A DNA stretch of 64,000 nucleotides from Candidatus Komeilibacteria bacterium (GCA_048538235.1 JBLYPX010000001.1:787011-851010), one strand, 5' to 3'; counted from the stretch's first letter, positions 48,020-58,168 are shown. Notes: generated from the letters alone by a model not told the origin. Program-made: numbers and translations.

Positions 48020-48406
48020 GTGAGAAGTACTGAGTTCTTGAGTTGGAATTATGAGTTGCGTGATAACGGGCACATATACATGTTGCCAGAGCGTGAGACA
48101 CCCATCAAAAGCCATCCCTTTATAACCGTACTTTTACTCATCCTGGCAGCATTTGTATTGTGGCTTGTTGTTTATTTGGCTGTCCTACTTTTATACTTTG
48201 GGATTCGAGTACTTTTGTATTGGCCACTTAAGTGGAAATATGAATGTGTGGAAAGGTTGAGCTGGACTTATAGTCTGGGTACAACCAGAATTCTAGAGTA
48301 TGCAGAAGGCAACTCTCCGAAAAAAGGCAGCGTGTTGCTTATCGGGCTCGACGATAAAAGCTATACGCACTTTTGGAATCCAAAACCGAAGGAAGAAACA
48401 GAATAA
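48020..48406 (+). CDS. hypothetical 2-TM membrane protein, higher-GC islet
   Basis: 128 aa. Followed by a strong terminator at 48414-48440. Confidence 0.4.
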   Translation: MRSTEFLSWNYELRDNGHIYMLPERETPIKSHPFITVLLLILAAFVLWLVVYLAVLLLYFGIRVLLYWPLKWKYECVERLSWTYSLGTTRILEYAEGNSPKKGSVLLIGLDDKSYTHFWNPKPKEETE

Positions 48407-48413
48407 TCAAACA

Positions 48414-48451
48414 AGAGCGCTGAGATCAACTCGGCGCTCTTTCCTTTGACA
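48414..48451 (+). terminator. terminator AGAGCGCTGAG-ATCAA-CTCGGCGCTCT plus T-rich tail. The promoter -35 TTGACA (48446-48451) for the next gene follows immediately
   Basis: 11-bp stem with one G-U pair. Then TTGACA-17-TAAAAA -10 at 48469-48474. Confidence 0.55.
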
Positions 48452-48511
48452 ACATCTTTTTTACATGCTAAAAATAGATATTACTTTGAACATAAAAAGG
48501 AAGGAAATAAA

Positions 48512-48946
48512 GTGCTAAGAGTCGCTACTAGAGTTAGGGGAGTAAAATACAAATTTATTGATTTGTATTGGCGTTGGCTTTTTGTATGTTTCGTTTTTAT
48601 GGCTAGTATCTTTTCTTTGATTAGACTAGCCACAAACTCAATGTCTTTATCTTTGCCCGGAGGTCAGTTGTTGCTTCTGCTTTTCGTGGCCAGTATTTTA
48701 ATACCGGTTACTAAAAAGAATTACAACGGACTTAAGGAGCGATGGGATCGATGGAACATTGATCGTTTGGATGAAAAGTGGTCAGCTGAAGGTTGGCGCA
48801 AGTATACGAAAAAACAGCGGCAGTCAGTAGAAGATCGTACGGGATTTGAAATGTTTCGAGACGACATGGTCAGGTGGGCCGATTCTTACGATGGACTACG
48901 GATAGTCAGAACGTGTAAGTATTACTACGTCTTTCTCCTTCGTTAA
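48512..48946 (+). CDS. hypothetical 2-TM membrane protein, higher-GC islet (GTG start with AAGGAAGG SD)
   Basis: 144 aa from GTG 48512. The ORF-track TTG start at 48446 coincides with the -35 hexamer of its own promoter, so it is unlikely. Confidence 0.4.
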   Translation: MLRVATRVRGVKYKFIDLYWRWLFVCFVFMASIFSLIRLATNSMSLSLPGGQLLLLLFVASILIPVTKKNYNGLKERWDRWNIDRLDEKWSAEGWRKYTKKQRQSVEDRTGFEMFRDDMVRWADSYDGLRIVRTCKYYYVFLLR

Positions 48947-48997
48947 TCTTTCAACAAAAAAGCAGGAAAGTTAATTTCCTGCTTTTTCATTTATATA

Positions 48998-50293
48998 TTA
49001 TATTCTTTTTAATTCTTCTCGGATTACTTCTCTATCGTCCCAAGCCAACTTCTTACCACCAGCTACACAAATAGCCTGTTCAGCACCCTTACCAGTAACT
49101 AGAACAAGATCATCTTCTTTAGCAATAGATAGAGCTTTATTAATAGCAGCTCTTCTGTCTAATATTTTATAAATACTTTTACCAGTAACTTGTGCTACCT
49201 TACTAGCACCAGCTGCAACATCATCAATTATTTTTTGTGGATCATCATCATATGGATCTTCGTTGGTAATAATAATAACGTCGGCTTTAGTAGCAGCCAT
49301 CTGGCCTAAGATTGGACGTCTGGCAATATCTCTACCACCACCACAAGAACCTAAAACGTGTATTAACTTTTTATACTTTAAACTGTCTAGTCCTTGGTAA
49401 AGTTTTTTCAAAGCTTCTGGTTCAGGAGCATAGTCTACTAATATTTTGAATGGTTGGTTCTCATTAATAAATTCAACTCTACCAGGGATACTCTTAATTT
49501 TCTTGAGTGCTGCACCACTAACTTTAAAATCTATACCTACAGATTTAGCAGCTGTTGCTGCAGCTAGAGCATTATATACTTGAAAGTCGCCAATTAGATT
49601 TAGATGAAAGTGTCTGTCTTCAATGTCAAAGGTGCTACCCTTGTCATTACTTACAATATTTTTAGCTGCAAATATTTTATCTACTGCTTTTGAGGTATTA
49701 TCTTTAGTTGTAAAACCAATTTTATCTGTAACACGGAAGTTTAAAAAATCTGCGTGATGTTTATCATCTATATTAGCGATTATCTTTTTATATTTTTTAT
49801 TAGCTCTTTCTAAATGTTTAAATAATTTTAATTTACTCTTTTTGTAATTATCAAAAGAACCATGAGCTTCAAGGTGTTCAGGGGTAAGATTGGTAAAAAC
49901 CAGAACATCATAGTCTATACCAGTATGTCTAAATTGCTTTATACCCTCTGAAGATGTTTCAATTAAAGCAAAGCGGCAATCATTTTCAGCCATTTGGTAA
50001 AGAAGCTTTTGTAGTTTAAAACGACCAAGCATAGTCATCTTTTCTTCATTTAACCACTCTCTAACACCTATTTTAAAATTAATAGTTGTAGCAAAACCTA
50101 CTTTAAAACCAGCTTCTTCAATACAGGCGGCTAACATATTAACAGTTGTAGATTTACCATTAGTTCCAGTTACACCTATAACAGTCATTTTAGTACTTGG
50201 GTAGGCATAGTAGTAGGCAGCAAGTTGAGCTAATAACCAATGATAAAAACTAAATACAAATGAAGGTATTATTTTTTTTATTAAGCTTTTCAT
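48998..50293 (-). CDS. murE: Mur ligase family protein (MurE-like UDP-MurNAc-tripeptide synthetase)
   Basis: 431 aa. P-loop VIGVTGTNGKSTT. Mur ligase middle and C-terminal domain pattern (…VLGSCGGGRDIARRPILGQMAATKADVIIITNEDPYDDDP…). Exact substrate specificity cannot be told. Confidence 0.55.
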   Translation of the reverse strand: MKSLIKKIIPSFVFSFYHWLLAQLAAYYYAYPSTKMTVIGVTGTNGKSTTVNMLAACIEEAGFKVGFATTINFKIGVREWLNEEKMTMLGRFKLQKLLYQMAENDCRFALIETSSEGIKQFRHTGIDYDVLVFTNLTPEHLEAHGSFDNYKKSKLKLFKHLERANKKYKKIIANIDDKHHADFLNFRVTDKIGFTTKDNTSKAVDKIFAAKNIVSNDKGSTFDIEDRHFHLNLIGDFQVYNALAAATAAKSVGIDFKVSGAALKKIKSIPGRVEFINENQPFKILVDYAPEPEALKKLYQGLDSLKYKKLIHVLGSCGGGRDIARRPILGQMAATKADVIIITNEDPYDDDPQKIIDDVAAGASKVAQVTGKSIYKILDRRAAINKALSIAKEDDLVLVTGKGAEQAICVAGGKKLAWDDREVIREELKRI

Positions 50294-50664
50294 TTTCTTT
50301 TATTATCTGATTTTAAATTGTCACGAATTTCTGTAACAATTTTTTTAAGCTCCATAATTTCTTTTTCACTACGCACATCTGCCTGATAATCTGCTTCATC
50401 TCTAATATCGTCTCTCTCTGCTTGACGATTTTGAGCCATCAATAATACGGTCATCAAGATGATAGCTTCTAAAGAAACTATCATGGTTAGCATGTTTATA
50501 TCTATTCTAAGCCAAAGCCAAAGAGTAAACCAAATTATGTGTAGAGTTAAAAAACTCCAAGAGCCAGACCAACTTGCTATACTGTCAGCCGCTTTATCAA
50601 ATAAGGATAGTTTTTTATTATTAATATCCGAAAACTCTGCCTGTCGTTTTTTTAAAGGTTTCAT
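50290..50664 (-). CDS. DUF1003-like small 2-TM membrane protein
   Basis: 124 aa. SWSGSWSFLTLHIIWFTLWL…EAIILMTVLLMAQNRQAERD pattern typical of the DUF1003 family. Confidence 0.4.
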   Translation of the reverse strand: MKPLKKRQAEFSDINNKKLSLFDKAADSIASWSGSWSFLTLHIIWFTLWLWLRIDINMLTMIVSLEAIILMTVLLMAQNRQAERDDIRDEADYQADVRSEKEIMELKKIVTEIRDNLKSDNKRK

Positions 50665-51683
50665 CTAAATTTTTTTAATAAATTATATATTGAATACCAA
50701 AAGTTTGAATAAACAAAATCATACGATCCTAAATATTCTTGTCCATAACCACCAAAGCTTTTTTTAAATCTAGTTATTCCTTGCCAGGCAAGCTCTTTAT
50801 CTGATCCTTCAGAAGCTACACCCCAGAAGTCATAATAGTCATAACCATTTTCTTTAGCCCATAATATTTGTTGCCATTGTAAATAGTGGGGAGCCATCAT
50901 TTCTTTGTATTTATTTGCAGAACCGCCATGCAGATATGTAACAGTATCACCATGATTAATAACAAGGTTAGCAACTAGTGACTCATTTTTATACTCAGCC
51001 AGCCAAATAGCAATTTTCTTTTCTTTATTCAAAGCTTCCCAAAGTTTTAGATAATAATTGTCTGGCCAAATTTTGAATCCAGCTCTAGCTGCTGTTACTC
51101 TTGCTAAGAATAGAAATTTATTTAAATCCCTTGCCTGGTTAGAGGTTCTTATCTTTACACCTTTTTTTTCTGCTAGCTTAATATTATACCTAGTCTTTTG
51201 TTTTTGCTGTTTAGCTAATTGTTTCTCATCTTTTGTTAAATCTAGTAGCCAAGTCTCAGCTGGTTGAACATTAGCTGTTTTAAGAAGAGGAAGGGTAATA
51301 ATTGCTCTTTCTTCACATGTTTCATTTGGTTCAATACGAATAAATATTTCATTTTCTTTTTTAGTGGCATAACAAATATCTCGAGCCTTGCTTAATAGCA
51401 GCTCTACTATTTCTTGTTGTGTTTTAACATTTAGACCTTTCATCATTAAAGGTCCACGTGGAACATACAGATAACTCTTGTCCATTTTTAATGGATGGCT
51501 AATAATTTGAGCAGTAGCAATTATCTGATTGCCAGATTTAAATGCTAAACGCCAAACTTTTCTACCCAGTGATTGTTGAAAGTCTCCCCAAACCCAACTC
51601 TGTAAAAAAGGAGAGTTTGCTTGAGAAGAAACAAACTCTTCGTAAATGTTTCTATTCTCTTTGTATAATTCTATTATTCTCAT
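50661..51683 (-). CDS. FemAB-family peptidoglycan interpeptide-bridge aminoacyltransferase
   Basis: 340 aa. N-terminal FLQSWVWGDFQQSLGRKVWRLAF, the FemAB/FemX family hallmark. Confidence 0.7.
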   Translation of the reverse strand: MRIIELYKENRNIYEEFVSSQANSPFLQSWVWGDFQQSLGRKVWRLAFKSGNQIIATAQIISHPLKMDKSYLYVPRGPLMMKGLNVKTQQEIVELLLSKARDICYATKKENEIFIRIEPNETCEERAIITLPLLKTANVQPAETWLLDLTKDEKQLAKQQKQKTRYNIKLAEKKGVKIRTSNQARDLNKFLFLARVTAARAGFKIWPDNYYLKLWEALNKEKKIAIWLAEYKNESLVANLVINHGDTVTYLHGGSANKYKEMMAPHYLQWQQILWAKENGYDYYDFWGVASEGSDKELAWQGITRFKKSFGGYGQEYLGSYDFVYSNFWYSIYNLLKKFR

Positions 51684-52255
51684 TTATTGTTAATTATTTT
51701 TAATGTTGCTTTTATCTTATCTTGAATATCTTCAATGTCTGAGGGTAATTTGCTAACAGCATGTCTAATGTCATTCTGACTATATCCTAAAGCTTCTAAA
51801 GCATCTATAACCTCATCACCAACACCCTTTACAATTTCACCAGTTGCTGATGTTAAAGCATTTATCTTATTCTTTAATTCAATAACTATTCTTTCGGCTG
51901 TTTTCTGACCAATGCCAGATACTTTTTTAAGTAGGGTTGGATCACCTTTATATATAGCTTGTTTAATATCTTCTAGTTTAGCAATGGATAATACAGCTAG
52001 GGCCGATCTTGGACCAACGCCAGAAATAGACAAAAGGTGTTTAAAGAATTCTAATTCATCAATAGTTTTAAAACCATATAAATCTAAAGCATCTTCTTTA
52101 ACATATTGGTGTGTAAATAGTTCAATTTTTTCTCCCTCTTTGACAGAGTTAAGAATCATTTCTGTAGAAAAAATTTGGTAACCAATATCTTGATTATCTA
52201 AGATTATATATTTATCTGTTTTGTAGGTAATTTTACCTTTAATATATGCTATCAT
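51680..52255 (-). CDS. ruvA: Holliday junction branch migration protein RuvA
   Basis: 191 aa. HhH motifs LLSISGVGPRSALAVLS and VSGIGQKTAERIVIELK. Confidence 0.9.
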   Translation of the reverse strand: MIAYIKGKITYKTDKYIILDNQDIGYQIFSTEMILNSVKEGEKIELFTHQYVKEDALDLYGFKTIDELEFFKHLLSISGVGPRSALAVLSIAKLEDIKQAIYKGDPTLLKKVSGIGQKTAERIVIELKNKINALTSATGEIVKGVGDEVIDALEALGYSQNDIRHAVSKLPSDIEDIQDKIKATLKIINNK

Positions 52256-52362
52256 GGACTAATTGTACTATTTTTTCAGTCTTTATTCAATTTATTGTAA
52301 TAAAAAACCGCCCTTTGTTTTCACATTGAGCGGTTTTATAGTTTTTATCCTCCTTTTGAATG

Positions 52363-53661
52363 TTAACCATTCATAATCTTGAACTGATCGTCAGACAATT
52401 CAATGAGTTTGATTTGATCGTAAATGACTCCCCAGACGTAATCGTTGTCTGCTTCACACCCAATGGTAATGAGCTCGTCTTTGCTCATTCCAACAAGGTG
52501 GGACTTGATCAAGTCTATGAGGATTGGCCAAATGTATGTTTGACTCCCTATGTTCATAAGCTGATCAAGGGTCTTGTTTTGCAATTTAGGCAGTAGATAT
52601 GTGGACATTTTTTCTAGAGCCTTTGTTGCGCTTCGGTAAAGAGAAAACGTGTTTACCAGCTCTAGAAGATTGTCTAGAGACGACCGTTTTAGTTTTTGAT
52701 CAATCAAGCCATTACCAATAACAACGGAAATTGTGTCGATGTATCCATTTTTGGCCATTAAGGTAATTTGTTTGATATCAAGCTTCCAGGTGTATAGGCA
52801 GGCTCTTATCAGGTCGCGTTCGTTCCGGTCGATGTACTGGTTAAAAAGTGCAATTACGTTGTCTTTGGGTAGCTTGCCGGTTTCAACAATAAGTTGTAAT
52901 AACTTGCCAGCCCTTTTGCTTATTAGTATTATTTGCTGAACCCACAATTTCAACCTTTCGGTGGGTACTTTTTTCAGATCATTACTAAGAGCAAAAATGA
53001 TCTCATCAAAGAGGGGTGCAGGAGCCAATTGAATTATTTCAATTAATTGGGACACTGAAAGCCTTTTTGAATTGATGACAAACTTCCAAAAACTCCCACT
53101 ATCATCTTGAATCTGGGCGGCAAGATTAATCAACTTGGGAGTGGTCATTTCCTCATGTCTGCTTGGTAATTGTTTTTCAACAAGGTTGTTTATGAGATAT
53201 TTTTTCCAACCAGCTTGTTGAATTGCCTCCACCATCTGAGCAAAAGACAGTCTGTTTAACTCAAATAGGCAAAGCCAGATTGTGTCCGACTTGATGAAAG
53301 TCCCAAGATCAAACAGATATTTTCTTGATCTTGCTTTCAACCAGGAACTCATTTTTTTGGATTCAAAGACAGATTCCCAAATAAACTCCTTGTTGTGTGC
53401 TTTGCAAATTTTAATGACTCGTCCTGAATCAACTGTGCTCCATCGTTCGCTCAGCTTCGTAACAATGTGATTATGAATATCATAGTCATCAGCCCACTCA
53501 TAAAAATTTATGAGCCCATCAAGATCACAAACAGCTAAAAAGTCATTGAGCTTTCTGGCTGCCATTTCCTTCGTTGCCGTCGTTCCTGTTGATTTGATTA
53601 TTGCAACCAATTGACCAGGGTTTAGATCCGTATTTTTAATAACCTTTTCTAAAGCTCCCAT
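52363..53661 (-). CDS. hypothetical cytoplasmic alpha-helical repeat protein (432 aa), higher GC than neighbours
   Basis: No TM or signal. Recurrent helix-pair motif of about 40 aa (LSFAQMVEAIQQA / LSVSQLIEIIQLA / LDQLMNIGSQT / MSKDELITIGCEA). No family recognised. Confidence 0.45.
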   Translation of the reverse strand: MGALEKVIKNTDLNPGQLVAIIKSTGTTATKEMAARKLNDFLAVCDLDGLINFYEWADDYDIHNHIVTKLSERWSTVDSGRVIKICKAHNKEFIWESVFESKKMSSWLKARSRKYLFDLGTFIKSDTIWLCLFELNRLSFAQMVEAIQQAGWKKYLINNLVEKQLPSRHEEMTTPKLINLAAQIQDDSGSFWKFVINSKRLSVSQLIEIIQLAPAPLFDEIIFALSNDLKKVPTERLKLWVQQIILISKRAGKLLQLIVETGKLPKDNVIALFNQYIDRNERDLIRACLYTWKLDIKQITLMAKNGYIDTISVVIGNGLIDQKLKRSSLDNLLELVNTFSLYRSATKALEKMSTYLLPKLQNKTLDQLMNIGSQTYIWPILIDLIKSHLVGMSKDELITIGCEADNDYVWGVIYDQIKLIELSDDQFKIMNG

Positions 53662-53730
53662 TTTCTTTCTCCTTGTATATTCTGTTTTTAAATTTCAGTT
53701 AACGATATAAATTAGCAAATATGGGGGATT

Positions 53731-53759
53731 TTGTCAATATTTAAGCACTAATGTATACT
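53731..53759 (+). promoter_or_regulatory. uvrB promoter TTGTCA-17-TATACT, 6 nt before the conserved-start ATG at 53766 (leaderless)
   Basis: Read directly: TTGTCAatatttaagcactaatgTATACTaatcctATG. Confidence 0.5.
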
Positions 53760-53765
53760 AATCCT

Positions 53766-55811
53766 ATGAAATTCAAATTAAAGTCTAAATTTAAGCCGAC
53801 TGGTGATCAGCCGGCAGCTATTAATAAGCTGGTTAATGGTTTAAAGGCAGGGTATAAACATCAAACACTATTAGGAGTAACAGGGTCTGGTAAAACATTT
53901 ACCATGGCCAATATTATCAATAAGGTACAAAAACCAACATTAATAATTTCGCATAATAAAACATTAGCAGCTCAATTAGCATCAGAGTTTAAAGAATTCT
54001 TTCCAGATAATGAAGTTCACTATTTTGTTTCCTACTATGACTATTACCAACCAGAAGCATATGTTGCTAGAACAGATACATATATTGAAAAGGAAACAGA
54101 TATTAATGAAGAGATAGATAGATTAAGACATGCTTCTACTCAAGCTATTCTTTCACGTAAAGATGTAATAATTGTTGCTTCTGTTTCTTGTATATACAAT
54201 TTAGGTAATCCAAAAGAATATAATAAACAAACAATTGGGCTAAAAATTAATACTAAAGAAAACAGAGATGATGTTTTAAGAAAATTAGTAGACATGCAGT
54301 ATGAAAGAAATGATTATTCTTTTTGGCGAGGAACATTTAGAGTTAAAGGAGATATATTAGAAGTATTTCCAGTCTCTTCTTCAGACTATTATTACCGCAT
54401 TGAGTTTTTGGGAGACAAGATTGAGACTATTAGTCAATTAAGTTCTATTACCAATAAAAAAATAAATGAAGAGATTATTAAAGAGTTAGAAATATACCCA
54501 GCTAAGCACTATGTAATTTCTAAAGATGAGTTAAAAAAGATAACCAAGAATATTCGTAAAGATTTAGATAAACAATTAAAAGCTTTAAAAGATAATAATA
54601 AGCTAGTTGAGGCACAAAGATTAGAACAAAGAACAAATTATGATATTGAGATGATTGAATCAGTTGGCTATTGTAATAGTATTGAGAATTATTCTAGATA
54701 TTTTGATGGCAGAAAACCAGGTCAAGCACCGTACAGTTTAATAGATTATTTCCCAGAAGATTTTTTAATGTTTATAGATGAGTCACACATGACTATTCCT
54801 CAGATTGGTGCCATGTATAACGGAGATAGAGCCAGGAAAGAAACTTTAATAGAGTATGGTTTTCGTTTACCATCAGCACTGGACAACAGACCTCTACAGT
54901 TTAAAGAGTTTGAAGAAAGAGTTAATCAAGCTATATATACAACAGCCACACCTGGACCATATGAGTATGAAAAAGTTAATGTAAAGATGAATAAAACATT
55001 AACTAGTAAGCAGGTAGATATAGCAGATTTAAAAGCTAAATTAAATGATCCTAAATCAGCTATTGTAGAGCAAATAATACGCCCAACTGGACTTCTTGAT
55101 CCAGAGATTGAAATAAAACCAACTAAGCATCAAATAGATGATTTGGTTAAAGAGATAGAGTTAAGGATTAAAAAGAAACAGAGAGTTTTAGTTACAACCC
55201 TAACAAAAAGAATGTCAGAAGAGTTAGCAGAGTACTTACAAGAGCTTAAAATAAAAGTTCACTATTTACATTCAGAAGTAGATACATTAGAGAGAATTGA
55301 AATTTTAAACAATTTAAGATCTGGTAAAGTAGATGTGGTGGTTGGTATTAATCTTCTTCGTGAAGGGTTAGATCTTCCAGAGGTAACCTTGGTTGCAATC
55401 TTAGATGCAGACAAAGAAGGATTTTTAAGATCAGAAACTTCTTTAATACAAACAATGGGTAGAGCAGCTAGACATAATGAAGGTAAAGTAATAATGTATG
55501 CAGATAAAATAACCGGTTCAATGGAAAGGGCTGTAGAAATTGTTCAAAGGAGAAGAAAAATTCAAGAAGAATATAATAAGAAACACAATATTAAACCAAA
55601 AACTATTATTAAAGAAATTAGAGGAACTCTTGTTCCAAGTAAGAAAGATAAAAAGAAAGGTAAGCCTAAAGTATTTAAACAGTTTACTAAGGAAGAAAAA
55701 GAAAAATTACTTGAAAGTTTAACCGCTAAGATGAAATTAGCCGCTCGTAATTTAGAATTTGAAAAAGCAGCTGAGATTAGAGATGAGATTGAAGATATAA
55801 AAAAGAATTGA
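53766..55811 (+). CDS. uvrB: excinuclease ABC subunit B
   Basis: 681 aa from ATG 53766 ([19 protein letters not shown], aligning with E. coli [21 protein letters not shown]). The ORF-track start at 53751 would place the -10 hexamer inside the first codons. Walker [12 protein letters not shown]-terminal UVR domain. Confidence 0.9.
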   Translation: MKFKLKSKFKPTGDQPAAINKLVNGLKAGYKHQTLLGVTGSGKTFTMANIINKVQKPTLIISHNKTLAAQLASEFKEFFPDNEVHYFVSYYDYYQPEAYVARTDTYIEKETDINEEIDRLRHASTQAILSRKDVIIVASVSCIYNLGNPKEYNKQTIGLKINTKENRDDVLRKLVDMQYERNDYSFWRGTFRVKGDILEVFPVSSSDYYYRIEFLGDKIETISQLSSITNKKINEEIIKELEIYPAKHYVISKDELKKITKNIRKDLDKQLKALKDNNKLVEAQRLEQRTNYDIEMIESVGYCNSIENYSRYFDGRKPGQAPYSLIDYFPEDFLMFIDESHMTIPQIGAMYNGDRARKETLIEYGFRLPSALDNRPLQFKEFEERVNQAIYTTATPGPYEYEKVNVKMNKTLTSKQVDIADLKAKLNDPKSAIVEQIIRPTGLLDPEIEIKPTKHQIDDLVKEIELRIKKKQRVLVTTLTKRMSEELAEYLQELKIKVHYLHSEVDTLERIEILNNLRSGKVDVVVGINLLREGLDLPEVTLVAILDADKEGFLRSETSLIQTMGRAARHNEGKVIMYADKITGSMERAVEIVQRRRKIQEEYNKKHNIKPKTIIKEIRGTLVPSKKDKKKGKPKVFKQFTKEEKEKLLESLTAKMKLAARNLEFEKAAEIRDEIEDIKKN

Positions 55812-55876
55812 CAAACACACTCGTTTGATATAAATTGTTCCCATAAACGCAACTTAACAAAACCTAGGAGGGATAA

Positions 55877-56839
55877 ATGAAGGGTAATATAATGTTGTTT
55901 GCTGGTTGGGCATCCAAGACCTTGGCGAATAGTATTGCTGAGGACATGGGCATTCAATTGGGGCAGGTTACGATGAAGAAGTTTTCCGACGGGGAAAGGA
56001 ATTTGCAGATCCGTGAGAACGTGCGCAATAAGCACGTTTTTATAATCAACTCAACCGGACCTAATACTCAACACTTTGTTGATCTGCTTCTGTTGATGGA
56101 TGCTATACGTGGTTCATCGGCAGGCCAGATGACGGTTATAATCCCATATTTTGGGTATAGCCGCCAAGAAAGAAAGGATAAACCGCACGTTCCAATATCT
56201 GCACGCGTGATGGCAGACTGCATTGAATCGCAAAGACCGAGCAGACTTATTTTTTGCGATTTACATAGCGCTGCTATTCCAGCTTTCTTCAGGACAACGT
56301 CAGACCATATTTATGCTCGTCCAATTTTCCTTGATCATATCAGGGAAAAATTTGCAGACCAGTTAGATAATATGGTTTTGGTAGCACCAGATGCTGGCGC
56401 AGCCAAGATAAGCAGATCTTATGCTCAGCGTTTGGGAGTTCCAATTGCTATCATAGATAAGCGTAGGCCAAAAGAGAACAAAGCAGAGGTTATGCATATC
56501 GTTGGTGATGTTGATGGCAAGACCTGCATCATGATCGATGATATGATAGATACCGCCGGAACCATGACCAGCGGAGCAGTCGCACTGATGGAACATGGCG
56601 CTACTGGTGTTCACGCTATGACAACTCATGGAGTTTTGTCAGGACCAGCCTTACAGCGTATTAATGATTCACCAATTGAATCAGTGATGGTAACAGATAC
56701 TGTCAATATTGGAAATAAACAAAAAAAATGTTCTAAAATTGAAATTGTATCTATGGCTGGAATATTAAGTGAAGCTATCAAGCGCACTTATTCTGGCGAG
56801 TCACTATCAGCTCTTTTTTATTGTAATATACTCTTATGA
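55877..56839 (+). CDS. prs: ribose-phosphate pyrophosphokinase (PRPP synthetase), conspicuously high GC
   Basis: 320 aa. Motifs NSTGPNTQHFVDLLLLMDA, VAPDAGAAK, IDDMIDTAGT. GGAGG SD. GC is far above neighbours (uvrB, truB). Confidence 0.85.
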   Translation: MKGNIMLFAGWASKTLANSIAEDMGIQLGQVTMKKFSDGERNLQIRENVRNKHVFIINSTGPNTQHFVDLLLLMDAIRGSSAGQMTVIIPYFGYSRQERKDKPHVPISARVMADCIESQRPSRLIFCDLHSAAIPAFFRTTSDHIYARPIFLDHIREKFADQLDNMVLVAPDAGAAKISRSYAQRLGVPIAIIDKRRPKENKAEVMHIVGDVDGKTCIMIDDMIDTAGTMTSGAVALMEHGATGVHAMTTHGVLSGPALQRINDSPIESVMVTDTVNIGNKQKKCSKIEIVSMAGILSEAIKRTYSGESLSALFYCNILL

Positions 56840-57510
56840 CTGAATCAGGATATATATTAATAGATAAGCCTAAGACTTGGACATCTTTTGATGTCGTGGC
56901 TAAGCTTCGTAATATAACGGGTATTAAAAAGATTGGTCATGCTGGCACTTTAGATCCAATTGCTACCGGTCTTTTAATTGTAGCTATTGGCAGAGATGCA
57001 ACTAAGCATATTGAAGAGTTAATGAAATTAGATAAGGTGTATATTGTAAAAGCTAAACTGGGAGAAGTATCAGATACTTATGATGCTGATGGAGAAATTA
57101 AAATTAAAGAAAATAAAGAAATATCTGAGGATGAATTATTAAAAGTAGTTAATAAATATATAGGGGAGATTGAACAAGTTCCGCCAATGTATTCGGCTAA
57201 AAAAGTAAAAGGTAAAAAGTTATACGAGCTAGCAAGACAAGGTAAAGAAATTGAAAGGCAGGCTGTTAAGATAAATATTTCAGATATTAAGCTTTTAGAT
57301 TTTACGAACCCATACTTTGAACTAGAAGTTAGTTGTGGTTCAGGAACATATATTCGTAGTCTTGTTCATGACATTGGACAGGATCTAAATATGGGAGCTG
57401 TTATGTATGAATTAAGGAGAACTAGAATCGGTAAATATGATATACAAAAAGCTGTTCAAATTGAACAGCTAACAAAAGATAATTGGCAGGAATATTTGTT
57501 TAATAAATAG
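56836..57510 (+). CDS. truB: tRNA pseudouridine(55) synthase TruB
   Basis: 224 aa. GHAGTLDPIATGLLIVAIG catalytic-Asp motif. 4-nt overlap with prs. Confidence 0.9.
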   Translation: MTESGYILIDKPKTWTSFDVVAKLRNITGIKKIGHAGTLDPIATGLLIVAIGRDATKHIEELMKLDKVYIVKAKLGEVSDTYDADGEIKIKENKEISEDELLKVVNKYIGEIEQVPPMYSAKKVKGKKLYELARQGKEIERQAVKINISDIKLLDFTNPYFELEVSCGSGTYIRSLVHDIGQDLNMGAVMYELRRTRIGKYDIQKAVQIEQLTKDNWQEYLFNK

Positions 57511-57857
57511 TAATATCTTGCCCAGTTATTTCTTTAATAATTCTTTTTATCCTAGGACGTAAGAATTTAGCCTCCTTTAACATTCTGTAGAAATCATTTA
57601 AATAAATAGTTTTGACCCCTATTTTACCAACAGAAGAACCAAAAGAGTCATTAAACTTTTTTGTACTAGTAATAGAGTCGTTTGAGCGGTAAAGCTTTTC
57701 TATAACCAACATTTGTTGTTTTGGGGTTATTCTGTCCATAAGGTCTTGATTTATTTCTACTTATATGATAATCTATTATCCAGTTTAAGGGAATATTATC
57801 TGTAACCGGAGCTTAGAGATTATAATTCCTTAATAATATTATTAATTTTAGAAAAAT

Positions 57858-58127
57858 ATGCCAGTAAAGAAAGCAGCTTTTAAAGATTTAAAACAGTCAA
57901 AGAAAAAAGCAATTGTAAATTTACGTATTAAAAGATCTATTAAAACTTTGATTAAAGATATAGACAAATCTCTTGGCTCAGATAAAATTGATGAAGCTAA
58001 GAAATTAGCAGATAAGTTACAGAAGACAATAGATAAAGCTATTCAGCACGGTAGAATGAAGAAGAACGCCGGTGCTAGAAAGAAATCCAGAGTAGCATCT
58101 CGAATCAAAAAGCATTCAACAAAATAA
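57858..58127 (+). CDS. rpsT: 30S ribosomal protein S20
   Basis: 89 aa, highly basic. …AIQHGRMKKNAGARKKSRVASRIKK. Confidence 0.85.
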   Translation: MPVKKAAFKDLKQSKKKAIVNLRIKRSIKTLIKDIDKSLGSDKIDEAKKLADKLQKTIDKAIQHGRMKKNAGARKKSRVASRIKKHSTK

Positions 58128-58141
58128 TACTAGATTAAAAA

Positions 58142-58168
58142 ACACCTCGTTATATACGAGGTGTTTTT
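58142..58168 (+). terminator. terminator ACACCTCGT-TATAT-ACGAGGTGT plus T5 after rpsT (overlaps last codons of convergent holA)
   Basis: Perfect 9-bp stem. Confidence 0.65.

Noticed and set aside
53751-53765. UvrB start at ATG 53751 (MYTNPMKF…)
   Set aside because: Codons 2-3 are the TATACT -10 hexamer. M6 aligns with the conserved UvrB N-terminus ([15 protein letters not shown]).
57500-57739. 79-aa minus-strand ORF between truB and rpsT
   Set aside because: No SD. It overlaps the truB stop and lies in the rpsT promoter region. The composition is plausible but there is no family resemblance, so it was not called as a gene.
57770-57857. About 40-nt imperfect inverted repeat (GGAATATTATCTGT…AGAGATTATAATTCC) upstream of rpsT as an S20 autoregulatory site
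   Set aside because: The repeat is imperfect and AT-rich. It overlaps what is probably just the -10 region. No basis beyond the shape.
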